Part shown: positions 28,366 to 39,282 of the stretch, in pieces
How positions within the stretch are numbered: position 1 is the stretch's first letter
Layout: every line of letters begins with the position of its first letter
NCBI GenBank assembly: GCA_965222115.1
Contig: CBDCTJ010000007.1
Location: 1,056,001 to 1,120,000 of the forward strand
DNA from: Planctomycetota bacterium
GTDB taxonomy: Bacteria; Planctomycetota; PLA2; JAEUHO01
Reading direction: 5' to 3'
DNA: 64,000 bases
Made by a program: the position numbers and the translations under genes
The notes under the pieces: generated by a model
The model's database searches: none
Seen by the model: the letters and a program-made list of their open reading frames with translations, nothing else
Told to the model about the DNA's origin: nothing

Positions 28366-28444
28366 TCACACGTAGTCGCCCAATACACGCTGCAGCTCAG
28401 CGCCTCGCGGTGGCGCTTCCTCGGATTCGAGTACGCTTTCGCTC

Positions 28445-30937
28445 ATGCGTAAGTCAAAGGACCGGGTCGTGGCCAAGCTTCAAAGCAACATCTGCGTTGC
28501 GTTGATTGCATGCGTAATGGCGTTTGGAGTTGCGAACTCGCGTGTTCGCGCCGAAGACGGCCATACCGCGCCCGCCAAGAAGAAGGGCGCACCGGTGAAC
28601 GAGAATCGCCTTGCGAAGGAGCGGAGTCCCTACCTCCGCCAACACAAGAACAATCCGGTGGACTGGTACCCATGGGGTCCCGAGGCGTTTGCCGAAGCCA
28701 AGAAGAAGAACAAACTCATCTTCTTGTCGATTGGCTATGCCGCGTGCCATTGGTGCCACGTGATGGAACATGAGTCGTTTGAAGACGCCGCAACGGCTGA
28801 GGTCATGAACGACGCGTTCGTCTGCGTAAAGGTGGATCGCGAAGAGCGGCCCGACATCGACCGTGTGTATATGGATGTTGTTCAATATCTCCGTGGACAG
28901 GGCGGGTGGCCTCTCACGGCGTTCTTGACGCCCGACGGTCGTCCATTTTGGGCCGAAACGTACATGCCCGCCGCCAATGTCCGCGACATTGCGGGCAAGC
29001 TCACCAAACTGTGGCGTGAGGACGCTGAACGGATTAAGCATCAAGCCGCTCAAATCGCAGCGCATATCAATCAAGACCAACGCGGGTCCGATGCCGACGA
29101 TCTATCGGAGTCCGCGCGGGATATGGTTGAAGCGCTGCGGACGGCAATGAAGGCACGCTTTGATGCGGACCACGGCGGCTTTGGCCGACCTACCGGTCCC
29201 GTCAAGCAGCGCGTGTACGTGTACAAACCGAAGTTTCCGCCACACGCCGCATTGCTCTACGGGCTGGAGAACAAAGGCGCGCGCAGCGACAACGACGAAC
29301 GGGCCAATTTGCGCGCGACGTTGCACGCCATGACGCAGGGCGGCATCCATGATCATGTGGGCGGCGGATTTCATCGCTACAGCACAGACCGCGAGTGGTT
29401 GCTGCCCCATTTCGAAAAAATGCTTTATGACAATGCGCTCTTGCTGCAGGCCTATGCCGAGGGGTACGCGTTGTTTGGCGATGCATCGTTTCGCCGCGTA
29501 GCAGAACGCTTGGTGGGGTGGCTCGATCGAGAGATGAAGCGTCCCGGCGGTGGCTATGCGTCAAGTTTGGATGCCGATACAGACGGGGAAGAGGGAACGA
29601 CCTATACGTGGACCTTTGACGAGCTGAAGGCGGCCATGGGTGAAAACAGCGAAGGGCTCAGCGCGTTGGTGTTGGTGAGCAACGTTGGCGAGAAAGGCAA
29701 CTTCCTCGACGAAGCCACTCATAAGTTCACCGGTCGCAATGTGCTGCACGTGGCGAACGCGTTTGCCGCTGTAGCGAAGTCATGGGACGGCAAAGACGAA
29801 GCGGCCGTTCGCGATACCTATCACAAGGCGCTCGATCAACTCTTGCCCACCCGCATCAAGCGCCCGCAACCCGGACTCGATGACAAAGTCATCGCGGGCT
29901 GGAATGGCCTGCTCGTGTCGGCCATGGCCCGTGCCAGCAAGCCGCTGGGTCGTCCCGACATGTTGGCGTCTGCAAAGGAACTCGGCTCGTTTCTTTGGAC
30001 AACGTGCCGCGACGAGCACGGTGCGCTACTGCGGTTTCCCATGGGTTCCGGTTCGTCCATCCCTGCATTTTGCGAAGACTACGTACACGTCATGGAGGGG
30101 TTCCTCGACTTGCACGAACACGACGTGGGTGGCGAGTGGCTCAAGCGCGCCGACGCACTGGGCGCCATGTTGCTTGCTGAGTTCGAAGACAAACAGGACG
30201 GCGGGTTCTGGTTGTCATCATTGAAGCGCGGTGAGAAGCTCTTCGCGCGATCGAAGGAGGCTTGGGACAGCCCGATTCCCTCCGATAACGGCACGGCGGC
30301 ACGCGCCTGCCTACGGCTTCATGCACTCACCGGCGAAACTGCGTACTTGCGTGCCGCCCGCAGAACGCTGCGGGCCTATCGGCCCATGATGTCGCGTGTC
30401 CACATGGCCCCGGGCCTGATTTCGTTGTTTCGTGCCATGAGCGACGCACCCAAGGAGGGAATGACCTCCGCGGCCGATCTTCAAGTGCAGGGTTCACACT
30501 ATTCCACCGAGTTGTTCGTCAACCGCCTTGTTGCCAAGCCGGGCAGCACGCTCGATGTGCTTGTCCGCGTCCGGATGGATCCGCGGTGGCATGTTGTGGC
30601 GTCCAAGGATGCGCTGACGCTCACGGTGGAGAAGGATAGCGATGCCGCAACACTTGAGGGTGTGCGTCTACCAACACCCGCAACACGGACGGTTGCCGGT
30701 GACGCCATGGCGGTACACGATGGGGTCATTGATGTTCGCGCCTCGCTCCGCCTCCCCGAGAAGGCGCCCTCGGACGTGACGCGCATTCCGATTCGCTTGC
30801 GCCTCCAACCCTGCACGACGGATCGTTGCCTCGATGCCGACGTCATTGCCCTGGACCTTTCGATTGAGGTGTCCGATTCGAACGGACCCCTTCAGCACGC
30901 CTCCATGTGGCAAGAGGGGACAGCGGCGACCAAGTGA
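28445..30937 (+). CDS. YyaL/DUF255 thioredoxin + six-hairpin glycosidase-like protein with C-terminal DsbD-N-like domain
   Basis: [54 protein letters not shown]; C-terminal QPCTTDRCL; N-terminal signal sequence. Confidence 0.9.
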   Translation: MRKSKDRVVAKLQSNICVALIACVMAFGVANSRVRAEDGHTAPAKKKGAPVNENRLAKERSPYLRQHKNNPVDWYPWGPEAFAEAKKKNKLIFLSIGYAACHWCHVMEHESFEDAATAEVMNDAFVCVKVDREERPDIDRVYMDVVQYLRGQGGWPLTAFLTPDGRPFWAETYMPAANVRDIAGKLTKLWREDAERIKHQAAQIAAHINQDQRGSDADDLSESARDMVEALRTAMKARFDADHGGFGRPTGPVKQRVYVYKPKFPPHAALLYGLENKGARSDNDERANLRATLHAMTQGGIHDHVGGGFHRYSTDREWLLPHFEKMLYDNALLLQAYAEGYALFGDASFRRVAERLVGWLDREMKRPGGGYASSLDADTDGEEGTTYTWTFDELKAAMGENSEGLSALVLVSNVGEKGNFLDEATHKFTGRNVLHVANAFAAVAKSWDGKDEAAVRDTYHKALDQLLPTRIKRPQPGLDDKVIAGWNGLLVSAMARASKPLGRPDMLASAKELGSFLWTTCRDEHGALLRFPMGSGSSIPAFCEDYVHVMEGFLDLHEHDVGGEWLKRADALGAMLLAEFEDKQDGGFWLSSLKRGEKLFARSKEAWDSPIPSDNGTAARACLRLHALTGETAYLRAARRTLRAYRPMMSRVHMAPGLISLFRAMSDAPKEGMTSAADLQVQGSHYSTELFVNRLVAKPGSTLDVLVRVRMDPRWHVVASKDALTLTVEKDSDAATLEGVRLPTPATRTVAGDAMAVHDGVIDVRASLRLPEKAPSDVTRIPIRLRLQPCTTDRCLDADVIALDLSIEVSDSNGPLQHASMWQEGTAATK

Positions 30938-30988
30938 CGTAGCTTGCACGTGCGATAGGTATTGTCATCGAGGAGGCTCACAAGAAGC

Positions 30989-31384
30989 ATGACCGCAGAT
31001 CCCATCAGTGCCACGAACGCGGTCGATCTGCTTGAGGTCTTTGAGAATCCGGCACCGAAACGCGACTATCGCATTGTGCATACGGTGCGCGAGTTCACGT
31101 CGATGTGCCCCATCACGGGACATCCCGACTTTGCCACGATTCACGTGAGCTACATCCCCGACGCAGTCTGCGTAGAACTCAAGAGCCTCAAACTCTACTT
31201 TCATAGCTACCGCAACGTGGGCGTGTTCTACGAAGCGTTGATCAATCGCGTCACCGATGATTTGGTGGCTTGTATGAATCCGCGTCGGCTTGTTGTGCGT
31301 GGGTCGTTCCGAGGGCGCGGCGGCATTTCATCGGTCATCAAAGCGGGGTACAGACAGCCCGAGAGCAGGGACGGATCCGCATGA
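30989..31384 (+). CDS. queF: NADPH-dependent 7-cyano-7-deazaguanine reductase (type I)
   Basis: EFTSMCPITGHPDFA, VELKSLKLY QueF motif, RGGIS. Confidence 0.93.
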   Translation: MTADPISATNAVDLLEVFENPAPKRDYRIVHTVREFTSMCPITGHPDFATIHVSYIPDAVCVELKSLKLYFHSYRNVGVFYEALINRVTDDLVACMNPRRLVVRGSFRGRGGISSVIKAGYRQPESRDGSA

Positions 31385-32682
31385 GTCAAGGCGAAGAACG
31401 CGCGCTCCATGCGGCCAGTGTCCTCACGCGCGAGCAGCAGCATAAGATTATTGAAGCCAGTGCGGCCCTACACACCACGTTGGAACTCGGCGCGCTGTTG
31501 CAAGTCATCCTCAATGCGGCGGCCGATGGTGTTGAGGCCGAGCGCGGCACGGTGTTCTTGGTATCGCAAGACGGCAACGAGTTGTGGTCGCGCGTCATGG
31601 ACGGCGAGCAGAGCCTTGAGATTCGGTTACCGATGGGCAAGGGCATCGCGGGCGCCGTGGGGGCCACCGGCGAAACTATTCGCATTGCCGACGCCTACGA
31701 TGACGCGCGCTTCGATCAGTCTTGGGATAAGAAGTCGGGCTTTCGCACGCGGCAGATTCTTGCTGCCCCCATTCGCAATCGACAGGGCGAAACGGTGGGT
31801 GTGTTTCAACTGCTCAACAAGCGCAAGGGCGATTTTGGCGAAGGCGATGAAGCCTACTTGGAGGCGCTTTCATTGCACGCGGCCTTAGCCGTAGAAAACG
31901 CGACGCTCCACGAATCCGAGTTGGAGCGCGAGCGGCAGGATCGCGAGATTGCGATGCTGGAAGAAGTTCAGCGTTCCTTTCAGCCCGAAACGCAAACGCG
32001 CGACGACGGCGTGTTCTCATCCGCGGGCATGAACATTCTCTGCGAAGACGCCAGCGGCGACTACTACGACTTTATTGAGTTGCCCGATGACCACCTTGGC
32101 GTTGCCATCGGTGACGTGTCGGGCCATGGCCTGCACAGTGCTTTGGTTATGGCGCAGGGGCGTTCTTTGCTACGCGCGTTTTGTTCCACAGAGAACGACT
32201 TGGCGCTCATTGTGAATCGCGTGAATGACTTCATGGCGCGCGACATGGTGCGAGGGCGATTCATGACGCTCTTTGTGGGTGTCTTTGACACGGCCAAGAG
32301 CGAGATGGCGTGGATTAGTGCGGGCCACTTGCCCTCGCTGGTGATGCGCGCCGATGGATCGGTAGAGCGACTTGCCTCGGTAGGACGCGTCCTGGGCATT
32401 TTTCCAAAGGCCGGTTACGTCGAGCAACCGCGCGTGGCCTTTGCGCCGGGCGATATGCTTTTTCTCTATACCGACGGCGTGACCGAGGCGTCACCCGATG
32501 AAGGTGACGTTGAAAACCCCAATATGTTTGGCGAAGAACGACTGACCGATCTGCTCAAGACACTGTCCGGACAACCGCCCATGGGCATTCTCGAAGGCGT
32601 CCGGGATGCACTGCGTGCGTTTACGGGGCGCGATCGCTTGAAAGACGACCTCACCATGATCGTCGTAACGCGCCCGTCGTAG
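31381..32682 (+). CDS. GAF + PP2C (SpoIIE/RsbU-type) phosphatase
   Basis: GAF (GKGIAG.V, DKKSGFRTR, QLLNK); PP2C (SGDYYD, IGDVSGHG, SAGH, YTDGVTE, DDLT). Confidence 0.92.
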   Translation: MSQGEERALHAASVLTREQQHKIIEASAALHTTLELGALLQVILNAAADGVEAERGTVFLVSQDGNELWSRVMDGEQSLEIRLPMGKGIAGAVGATGETIRIADAYDDARFDQSWDKKSGFRTRQILAAPIRNRQGETVGVFQLLNKRKGDFGEGDEAYLEALSLHAALAVENATLHESELERERQDREIAMLEEVQRSFQPETQTRDDGVFSSAGMNILCEDASGDYYDFIELPDDHLGVAIGDVSGHGLHSALVMAQGRSLLRAFCSTENDLALIVNRVNDFMARDMVRGRFMTLFVGVFDTAKSEMAWISAGHLPSLVMRADGSVERLASVGRVLGIFPKAGYVEQPRVAFAPGDMLFLYTDGVTEASPDEGDVENPNMFGEERLTDLLKTLSGQPPMGILEGVRDALRAFTGRDRLKDDLTMIVVTRPS

Positions 32683-32691
32683 TTTTGGACG

Positions 32692-33957
32692 TCAATACGA
32701 TTGATCGTAGAGGAAGACGTCCACCGGATGGCCGGCGGGGTAACCTTCGGCATCCCGCGGCACCACCACAAACCCATCGGTGGTGGTGGTAGAAGACAGC
32801 AATGACGCGCCACGTGCCATGAACGGGTGCACCATGCCTTCGCGAACATGTACGCGGATGTAGTCCACGCGCCCCAACGCCGACGTGAGCTTTCCGGCAA
32901 GAGGGCGCGTTTCAATGCGATAGGGCAGATCGGGTGGCTTGCCAGCAAGCCGTCGTACCAATCGTCCAGCCAACACGTCGTATGCCGAAAGGCACGAGAC
33001 CGGATTGCCCGGCAGCAAGAACACCACCCGGTCCCGAATCGTGCCCATGCCGGTGGGGGCAGCGGGGCGCATTTGAATGCCGTGAAATACCAACGTGCCC
33101 AGTTCGCTCAGAATGCGCGGGGCGTGATCTTCCAGGCCCACGCTTGATCCACCCGACACCATCACAATGTCGGCTTCCGTGCGCACCAAACGATCGCGAA
33201 GTAGGTCCGCGCGATCCGGTAGCACACAAAGATCCACCACCTCAGCACCATCGCGGCGCAAGAGTCCTTCGAGCGTCCGACCGTTGCTATCGACAATGAG
33301 GTGCCCTTCGGGCGCGGCCCCGGACGGCAACAGTTCGTCGCCCGTCATAATGAGTTCGACGCGCGGAACGCGCAGCACGCGCGCGTCATAGAAGCCCATG
33401 GAAGACAGTAGGCCCACATCTTGGGGACGCAGACGGCGCCCCGCTTCAAGCACCAGAGCCCCTTGATGGATGTCGTCACCCACGCGACCAACGTTCTTCT
33501 TTGGCGCGACCGGTGCACGCACACGAACGATCGTGGATTCGCCCGCCGCATCTTCGCGGCCGTCTTCGGCACGCAACACCGCGTCGCAATCATCCGGAAC
33601 GGGTGCGCCGGTCATGATGCGAATGGCTTGGCCCTGTTTGACACGTCCTTCAAACGGACGTCCTGGGAATGCAGCACCCACGATGCGCAGGGCAATGTCT
33701 CCCTGTTCGTTGGCGCCAAAGGTATCGTTGCCGTGCAGCGCCCAACCGTCCATGGCGGCACGACGAAATGCCGGTACATCGATGGGGCTTCGAATCGACT
33801 CAGCCAGGACCCGTCCGTACAGCGCACCAAGCGGCACCCGTTCGGCCGACATGGCATTGGGCAACCGGTCGATCCACGTCATGACATCCGCAACATCGGC
33901 GCGGGATTGAAAGCCCCGCATCCGCACGTCGAAGAACTCGGATGCATCGTCACTCAT
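32692..33957 (-). CDS. moeA: Molybdopterin molybdenumtransferase
   Basis: RAAMDGWAL, RIMTGAPVP, TGDEL, SGGSSVG..D, LPGNPVS. Confidence 0.95.
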   Translation of the reverse strand: MSDDASEFFDVRMRGFQSRADVADVMTWIDRLPNAMSAERVPLGALYGRVLAESIRSPIDVPAFRRAAMDGWALHGNDTFGANEQGDIALRIVGAAFPGRPFEGRVKQGQAIRIMTGAPVPDDCDAVLRAEDGREDAAGESTIVRVRAPVAPKKNVGRVGDDIHQGALVLEAGRRLRPQDVGLLSSMGFYDARVLRVPRVELIMTGDELLPSGAAPEGHLIVDSNGRTLEGLLRRDGAEVVDLCVLPDRADLLRDRLVRTEADIVMVSGGSSVGLEDHAPRILSELGTLVFHGIQMRPAAPTGMGTIRDRVVFLLPGNPVSCLSAYDVLAGRLVRRLAGKPPDLPYRIETRPLAGKLTSALGRVDYIRVHVREGMVHPFMARGASLLSSTTTTDGFVVVPRDAEGYPAGHPVDVFLYDQSY

Positions 33958-35585
33958 GCGTCGGCAGGATTCTGTCGACGGGCCTCCACGTCTTCGCGAA
34001 AGTGCTTAAGCACACTGGTGATGGGGTTGAGCACGACATGCCCCAAGCCGCAGATCGAGGTCAGTCGAAGGGCTTCATCCAATTCGGGCAACAGTTCGAA
34101 CTCGCCGCCCTGCCCGTGGCCCGTGCGCACGCGGTCGATCAACGTGACAGCCTTTTCACTGCCCACACGGCACGGGACACACTTGCCGCAGCTCTCGTTG
34201 CGGAAAAAGCGCACCACGTTGGCAGCCACGTCGAGCATGTTGGTGCCCTCCGCGATCACAAGCACGGCACCGCTACCCAACATGCTGCCCGCCTTCTCCA
34301 TGGCTTCAAAGTCGAGCGGTGTATCGGCGAGCGATGCGGGCAAGAACGGCGCGCTGGCACCGCCGGGGCAAAACGCTTTCATGGCCACGCCACCGCGCAT
34401 CCCTCCTCCATGATGATCAACCAAGTCAAGCACGGTCGTACCCATGGGTACGCAATACACGCCCGGCGATTCCACATGACCGCAGAGCGATAAGAACTTC
34501 CAGCCTGGTGCGCCGTTTGTTCCGTGCGCCTTCCACGCTTGCGCACCGTCACTCAAAATGCCAGGTACGAACGAAAACGTCTCAACGTTGTTCATCAACG
34601 TAGGCTTACCGTGAATGCCATGGTTGGTCGGGTAGGGCGGCTTGTTGCGTGGTTCGCCGCGCTTGCCTTCCAACGCTTCGATCAACGCCGTCTCTTCGCC
34701 CAAGATGTAGCCGCCCGGCGACACGAACATTGACAAGTCAACACCGAGTTCGTCGAGTAGTCCGAGGTCGCGTACGCGGTCGATCTCGCGTTGGATTGCC
34801 TTCGCTTCGCGTGTGTACTCGTGGCGAATGTAGACGTAAGCGATGCTTGCGCCGCTCACCAGGCATCCCGTGAGCAATCCTTCGATAACCAAGTGCGGCA
34901 ACTCTTCTAGGATTACGCGATCTTTGAACGTGCCCGGTTCACTTTCGTCGGCATTGACCACGGCGTACTTCGGTTCACCAACGGCCTGTCGAACAAAGCG
35001 CCACTTCATGCCTGTGGGGAACCCTGCGCCACCCATGCCGCGTAGTCCCGCATCCGACAGCACACCCGGTACTGTTTCGCGCGCATCGTTGCGATTGGCG
35101 AGGAGACCACGCAGTACGCCGTAGTGTTCATCGCGCGATGCATACGGATCCGATGCCCAGGATCGCGGTGCATCGGTGGGTTCGTCGGGCGGTAGCGCCT
35201 TCTTCTCCGTTGCCGCTGCGACAACATCGTCTGCGGACCACCCTTCCAGGGGCACATCGTTCACACACGCCGCGGGGGCATGCTCGCAGCGGCCCAAACA
35301 AGAAACCGGCACAAACTCAACGTCATTGTGTTTCGAAACGCCTTGTTCGATGTCGCGCAGGTAGTCGTTGCCCTTCGCAATCATGCAAGCGACGTCGCGA
35401 CAGACCGACACCGTGTGTTTGGGCGGCGGGCTGCGGCGGTAGTGCGGGTAAAAACTTGCGACTTCCTGCAGGCGGTAGAGCGGAATGGTCTGTTCGATGG
35501 AAAAGGCGCGCAAAACGTCATCCGACAACCAGCCGTGCTTGAGCTGCAACTCGTGAAGTTGGTGGAGCAGATTCATGGGGCGCAT
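33954..35585 (-). CDS. Fused NuoE-NuoF-type NADH diaphorase (FdsG/FdsB- or HoxE/F-like)
   Basis: 2Fe-2S motifs VCRDVAC and CLGRC; LRGMGGAGFPTGMKW, NADESEPGTFKDR, YILGEETAL; 4Fe-4S ESCGKCVPCRVG...ICGLG. Confidence 0.9.
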   Translation of the reverse strand: MRPMNLLHQLHELQLKHGWLSDDVLRAFSIEQTIPLYRLQEVASFYPHYRRSPPPKHTVSVCRDVACMIAKGNDYLRDIEQGVSKHNDVEFVPVSCLGRCEHAPAACVNDVPLEGWSADDVVAAATEKKALPPDEPTDAPRSWASDPYASRDEHYGVLRGLLANRNDARETVPGVLSDAGLRGMGGAGFPTGMKWRFVRQAVGEPKYAVVNADESEPGTFKDRVILEELPHLVIEGLLTGCLVSGASIAYVYIRHEYTREAKAIQREIDRVRDLGLLDELGVDLSMFVSPGGYILGEETALIEALEGKRGEPRNKPPYPTNHGIHGKPTLMNNVETFSFVPGILSDGAQAWKAHGTNGAPGWKFLSLCGHVESPGVYCVPMGTTVLDLVDHHGGGMRGGVAMKAFCPGGASAPFLPASLADTPLDFEAMEKAGSMLGSGAVLVIAEGTNMLDVAANVVRFFRNESCGKCVPCRVGSEKAVTLIDRVRTGHGQGGEFELLPELDEALRLTSICGLGHVVLNPITSVLKHFREDVEARRQNPADA

Positions 35586-35635
35586 TCCGTGGGTCGTACG
35601 ACTACGCGCGAGAGCATAGCGCGCGGTCGCACAAC

Positions 35636-36928
35636 CTAACGACGCTTCTTCTTGGTGCGTTTGCGTTCGGTGTCGTCGAGGGCGTCCATTTCTTTCATCC
35701 AGCGCAATATGGTCTCGTGCTTGGCGCCGCCCATCGCCATACGCACGAACAACTCCACCAGATTGTTCGCGCGGCTGAGCGGGACATGGAGCCCGCCGCC
35801 CGCGCGCGCGATCTGCGGGAAGTGATGCACTTCGTTGCTACCGGCCGACACGGTGTGAATCTGAATCGGGACGTCGTAGTCAACCGATGCGCGGGCGCGG
35901 CGAATGATGCGGCCCAGTACGGGCACGTCACTACCGTGGGGCGGCGCATCGCCCATGACGACGATCATGCGCAGCGCACGCCGCGACCAACCGGTCACGG
36001 TCTGCTTGAGGGCCAACGCGATGCCCTTGTCCACGCCCTCTTCCCAGTCGCCACCGCCCGCCGCCGCAACCTTGTTGAAAGCGCGTAAGAGCAGCTTGCC
36101 ATTGGACGTAAGTGTGCAGCGCGCCATGGCGCGGTCGTCGTACGTGACGAGGCCGGCACGAAAGCCTGGGATGTAACGCCGCAGCTTACTGATGACGGAC
36201 TTGGCTTGGCGTTTCGTTGCGCCAATTACACTCGTCATGGAGCCCGTGTGGTCCATAACGATGCACACCTCCAAACCATGACGCCGCATGCGTTCGAGCG
36301 ACTCGTAGAGGTGGTTGTCGGGCGCTGCCGCAACCGACGACACATCCTTCGCGCCGTCCGACTTCTTAGCAGGCGGCGCCAGCGCGGCCGCCAATGTTCT
36401 GTGCTCCTTCAGAAATCGCTTTTTGCCCAACGGCCACCACTCGCGATACGCCGTCGGTTCCGATCCCAGTTTCATGCGCGGCAGTTTTTGGAGCACCGTC
36501 ATGGCGCGCGATGCCACTGTCGGGTGTGCATGCGTAATAAAATGCAGTAACGCTTCAACGAGCACCGGCCCGCCTTCTCCGACAAGTTCGATCCGAGAAC
36601 GGCCCAGCATACTTTTGAGTGCGCAAGCAATGACCTTGGGGTGCTTCTCCGAGCGAAGCATTCGCGTGAGCATGCGAATGGTTCCAACATCACTGCGACT
36701 TCGAAGTTCCAGTGCGGCGATGGAACGAATCGACCAGTCGTCATTTTTCAGCCAAGGCGCTACCGCCTTGACGCGTGGGTGGATGGGGACGGGTGCCATG
36801 GCGGCACCGAGCTCGTCTTCGGAGGGCGTTTTTCCTTGGGCACGATGCGCTGCGGCAATCACGCCGATTCCCACCAAGAAGTACAGCATCAAAGTTTTGG
36901 CGAGAGCGCGTTTCATAATTGCAGGCAT
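35636..36928 (-). CDS. Secreted HEAT-repeat + von Willebrand factor A domain protein
   Basis: Signal peptide; MIDAS-like VMDHTGSM; GGGDWEE; VMGDAPPH. Start could be 36928 or 36916. Confidence 0.85.
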   Translation of the reverse strand: MPAIMKRALAKTLMLYFLVGIGVIAAAHRAQGKTPSEDELGAAMAPVPIHPRVKAVAPWLKNDDWSIRSIAALELRSRSDVGTIRMLTRMLRSEKHPKVIACALKSMLGRSRIELVGEGGPVLVEALLHFITHAHPTVASRAMTVLQKLPRMKLGSEPTAYREWWPLGKKRFLKEHRTLAAALAPPAKKSDGAKDVSSVAAAPDNHLYESLERMRRHGLEVCIVMDHTGSMTSVIGATKRQAKSVISKLRRYIPGFRAGLVTYDDRAMARCTLTSNGKLLLRAFNKVAAAGGGDWEEGVDKGIALALKQTVTGWSRRALRMIVVMGDAPPHGSDVPVLGRIIRRARASVDYDVPIQIHTVSAGSNEVHHFPQIARAGGGLHVPLSRANNLVELFVRMAMGGAKHETILRWMKEMDALDDTERKRTKKKRR

Positions 36929-36993
36929 CTTACGCGAATCGAAACGGCGGTCGGGGCGCATAGCTTTTTTGAACGTCTCCCGCGCATGGAAGT

Positions 36994-39231
36994 GTGACAA
37001 TCTTCGCGATGAAATCGGTGTGCCACGGATTGATCCGCCGTCCTTCGCCTGCGATCCGCCGTTTCGGCTCGTGGTGTTGCGCCCTGCTCATCCTCTTGCT
37101 GTGTGCTCCGTCTTCGATTGCAGAGCCGCCCAGCAAATCCGCGTCTTCACAGGCCAGTGAGCACTGGTACGAGTCATTTCGCCAGGGACAAAAGACGGGA
37201 TCCTTGCACGTGCACTGGCGGGCCTCCACGTGGGAAGGCAAAACCACCGTCCGCGATACGACCGTCGTAACCCGCGCTCAGTACCGCCGCATGATCGGCC
37301 TACGGGACCGCTTTGAATCGCGCGTGGTCATGGACATCGAGCGTGATGCGGACGGGACGCTGTGGTGGCAACGCACGCGCTCGGAAGAGGCCGGGCGCAT
37401 TTTGGTTGAGGAACTGCACTGGACAGGCAAGGGCTACAAACATTCCTCCACGTTGGAAGGGCGCGATCAAGACGTGTTCATTCCCTCCGTTGCCCCCGCC
37501 ATGACCGATGGGGAAGCGTTCTTGGTCGCCAAGGTCCGTGCAAAGACCGTCAAAGCGGGTCAAACCTATCCGTTGCCGTTGGTTGATGTACGTGGGCGAC
37601 GCGTGCGCGTTCACGAGCTCATCGTCGATGGTCAGGAGTCGATTACCAATCCGGGTTCGAAACCCGTGACGTGTTGGAAAGTTCGACAGCGTGATCCATC
37701 GAGCCAAGCCACAACCACGATGTGGATTGATGACAGCGGTTCGTTTGTGCGTATTCGCGATAGCTCGGGCACGTTGATTCAGCGTGCAACCGAAGAACGC
37801 GCGCGGCGTGCGCCCACGCGTTGGGCGGAGTTTGACATAACAGTGGAGGGCGAGCCTTCGCTGCCACGTGTCTTTTCGGCCGACCGCCTGTGGGTCGATA
37901 TGCATCTTGGCCCCGATGAACACCGCGAGCTTCCACGCATTCCGAACTCGCCCTGGACCCGCGTGCTTGCAAAGAAGGGCAATGCGCAGACGGGGTGGAC
38001 GCTCTCATTGGAACTTCGCTCCGACAAACCGCAGTCCGAGGGGTACGACTCCGATGACAAATCCTCGGAAGACATGTCCTCAAAAGATGCGTCCCCAAAA
38101 GACGATGCGCCGAGCGATGACGCGAAGGGCGGTGAATCAAAGAAGCACCTCGCAACGAAAGGTGACGTGCGTCGAATCGTGGAAGATCCGGCAGCGCTTG
38201 AACGCTATCTAGAACCGACGGCGCTTATGCCCACGGAATCGCCCATTCTCAAGCGCGAGGTGGCGCGGGTGCTCAAAGATGTTCAAGATCCCCTGGCAGC
38301 GGCCAAGCGTTTGGTGCGCGTCGTCTACACGTCACTTGATAAACGCAGTCCCCGTGTAGCACAGGCCTCGGCCACGCAGATCCTTCGTGATCGCGAGGGC
38401 GATTGTTCGGAGCACGCACTGTTGTTCGTAGCGTTGTGTCGGACGGCGGGTATTCCCGCCCGGCGGTGTAGTGGTTATGTGTGCATTGGTTCTGTGTGGG
38501 GATCGCATTCGTGGGCCGAGATTTACGTAGGCGGATGGCTGTCGGCGGATCCCACCACAGGTGAACTCGGTGCGGGCGCGCGTTACGTGTTCTTTGGTTA
38601 TCCGGACGAACCTGGCAGTTTCCCCTTTGAGACTGCGCAGCGTATTGAGGGGCGCGTTCGGTTTCGCGCGACGGGCATTCAGGAAGGCGACGCGCTGTAC
38701 GACTTGACAGAATCTTCTCGACGGCATCTGCGCAGTGAAGACAAGCGTTCGGTGATCAACGTGCTGAGTGGTCTGGAAGTACGCGATCTTCCGAAGGGGT
38801 GGTCCGCCACGGCGCACCACGCCCATCGCATGACGATTCGAGGTCCCGGTGTACGAGCCGACTTGTACGCACGGGCCGATCAGGGATCGGATCTCTCCGA
38901 AGTGTCGTTTTACGGATCTCGAAACAAGCGCGGCAGCTTCGCAGGTGCCCCGGCCTATATCTCAAACTCGTCTCACCGCCGCCGCATCCAGGTACACAGC
39001 CGTCGGCGCATGGTGCAGATCGTGATTCGCGAGGGCGATGACGATCACGTAGCAGTGTTGGAGCGCGTGCTAGCTCCCAGTTTCGCGGTGCAGCCCCCGC
39101 CATGGCCGGATGCCGACGTGTCAGGCGCAAACGATGTGACTCATCGACTGAAGCGTTTGCGGGCATCCGGTACCGACGCGCCCCGCAAGGACGATCACGC
39201 CAAATCTCCGGGTACCGGTCGATCGAAATGA
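36994..39231 (+). CDS. Secreted transglutaminase-like protein
   Basis: Catalytic triad motifs GDCSEHA, HSWAEIY, ADPT; signal peptide. Confidence 0.88.
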   Translation: MTIFAMKSVCHGLIRRPSPAIRRFGSWCCALLILLLCAPSSIAEPPSKSASSQASEHWYESFRQGQKTGSLHVHWRASTWEGKTTVRDTTVVTRAQYRRMIGLRDRFESRVVMDIERDADGTLWWQRTRSEEAGRILVEELHWTGKGYKHSSTLEGRDQDVFIPSVAPAMTDGEAFLVAKVRAKTVKAGQTYPLPLVDVRGRRVRVHELIVDGQESITNPGSKPVTCWKVRQRDPSSQATTTMWIDDSGSFVRIRDSSGTLIQRATEERARRAPTRWAEFDITVEGEPSLPRVFSADRLWVDMHLGPDEHRELPRIPNSPWTRVLAKKGNAQTGWTLSLELRSDKPQSEGYDSDDKSSEDMSSKDASPKDDAPSDDAKGGESKKHLATKGDVRRIVEDPAALERYLEPTALMPTESPILKREVARVLKDVQDPLAAAKRLVRVVYTSLDKRSPRVAQASATQILRDREGDCSEHALLFVALCRTAGIPARRCSGYVCIGSVWGSHSWAEIYVGGWLSADPTTGELGAGARYVFFGYPDEPGSFPFETAQRIEGRVRFRATGIQEGDALYDLTESSRRHLRSEDKRSVINVLSGLEVRDLPKGWSATAHHAHRMTIRGPGVRADLYARADQGSDLSEVSFYGSRNKRGSFAGAPAYISNSSHRRRIQVHSRRRMVQIVIREGDDDHVAVLERVLAPSFAVQPPPWPDADVSGANDVTHRLKRLRASGTDAPRKDDHAKSPGTGRSK

Positions 39232-39282
39232 GCTCAAGCTGTTTGGGGTAGGTGATGTCCCCCCCGTCCGCGACGATTCACG

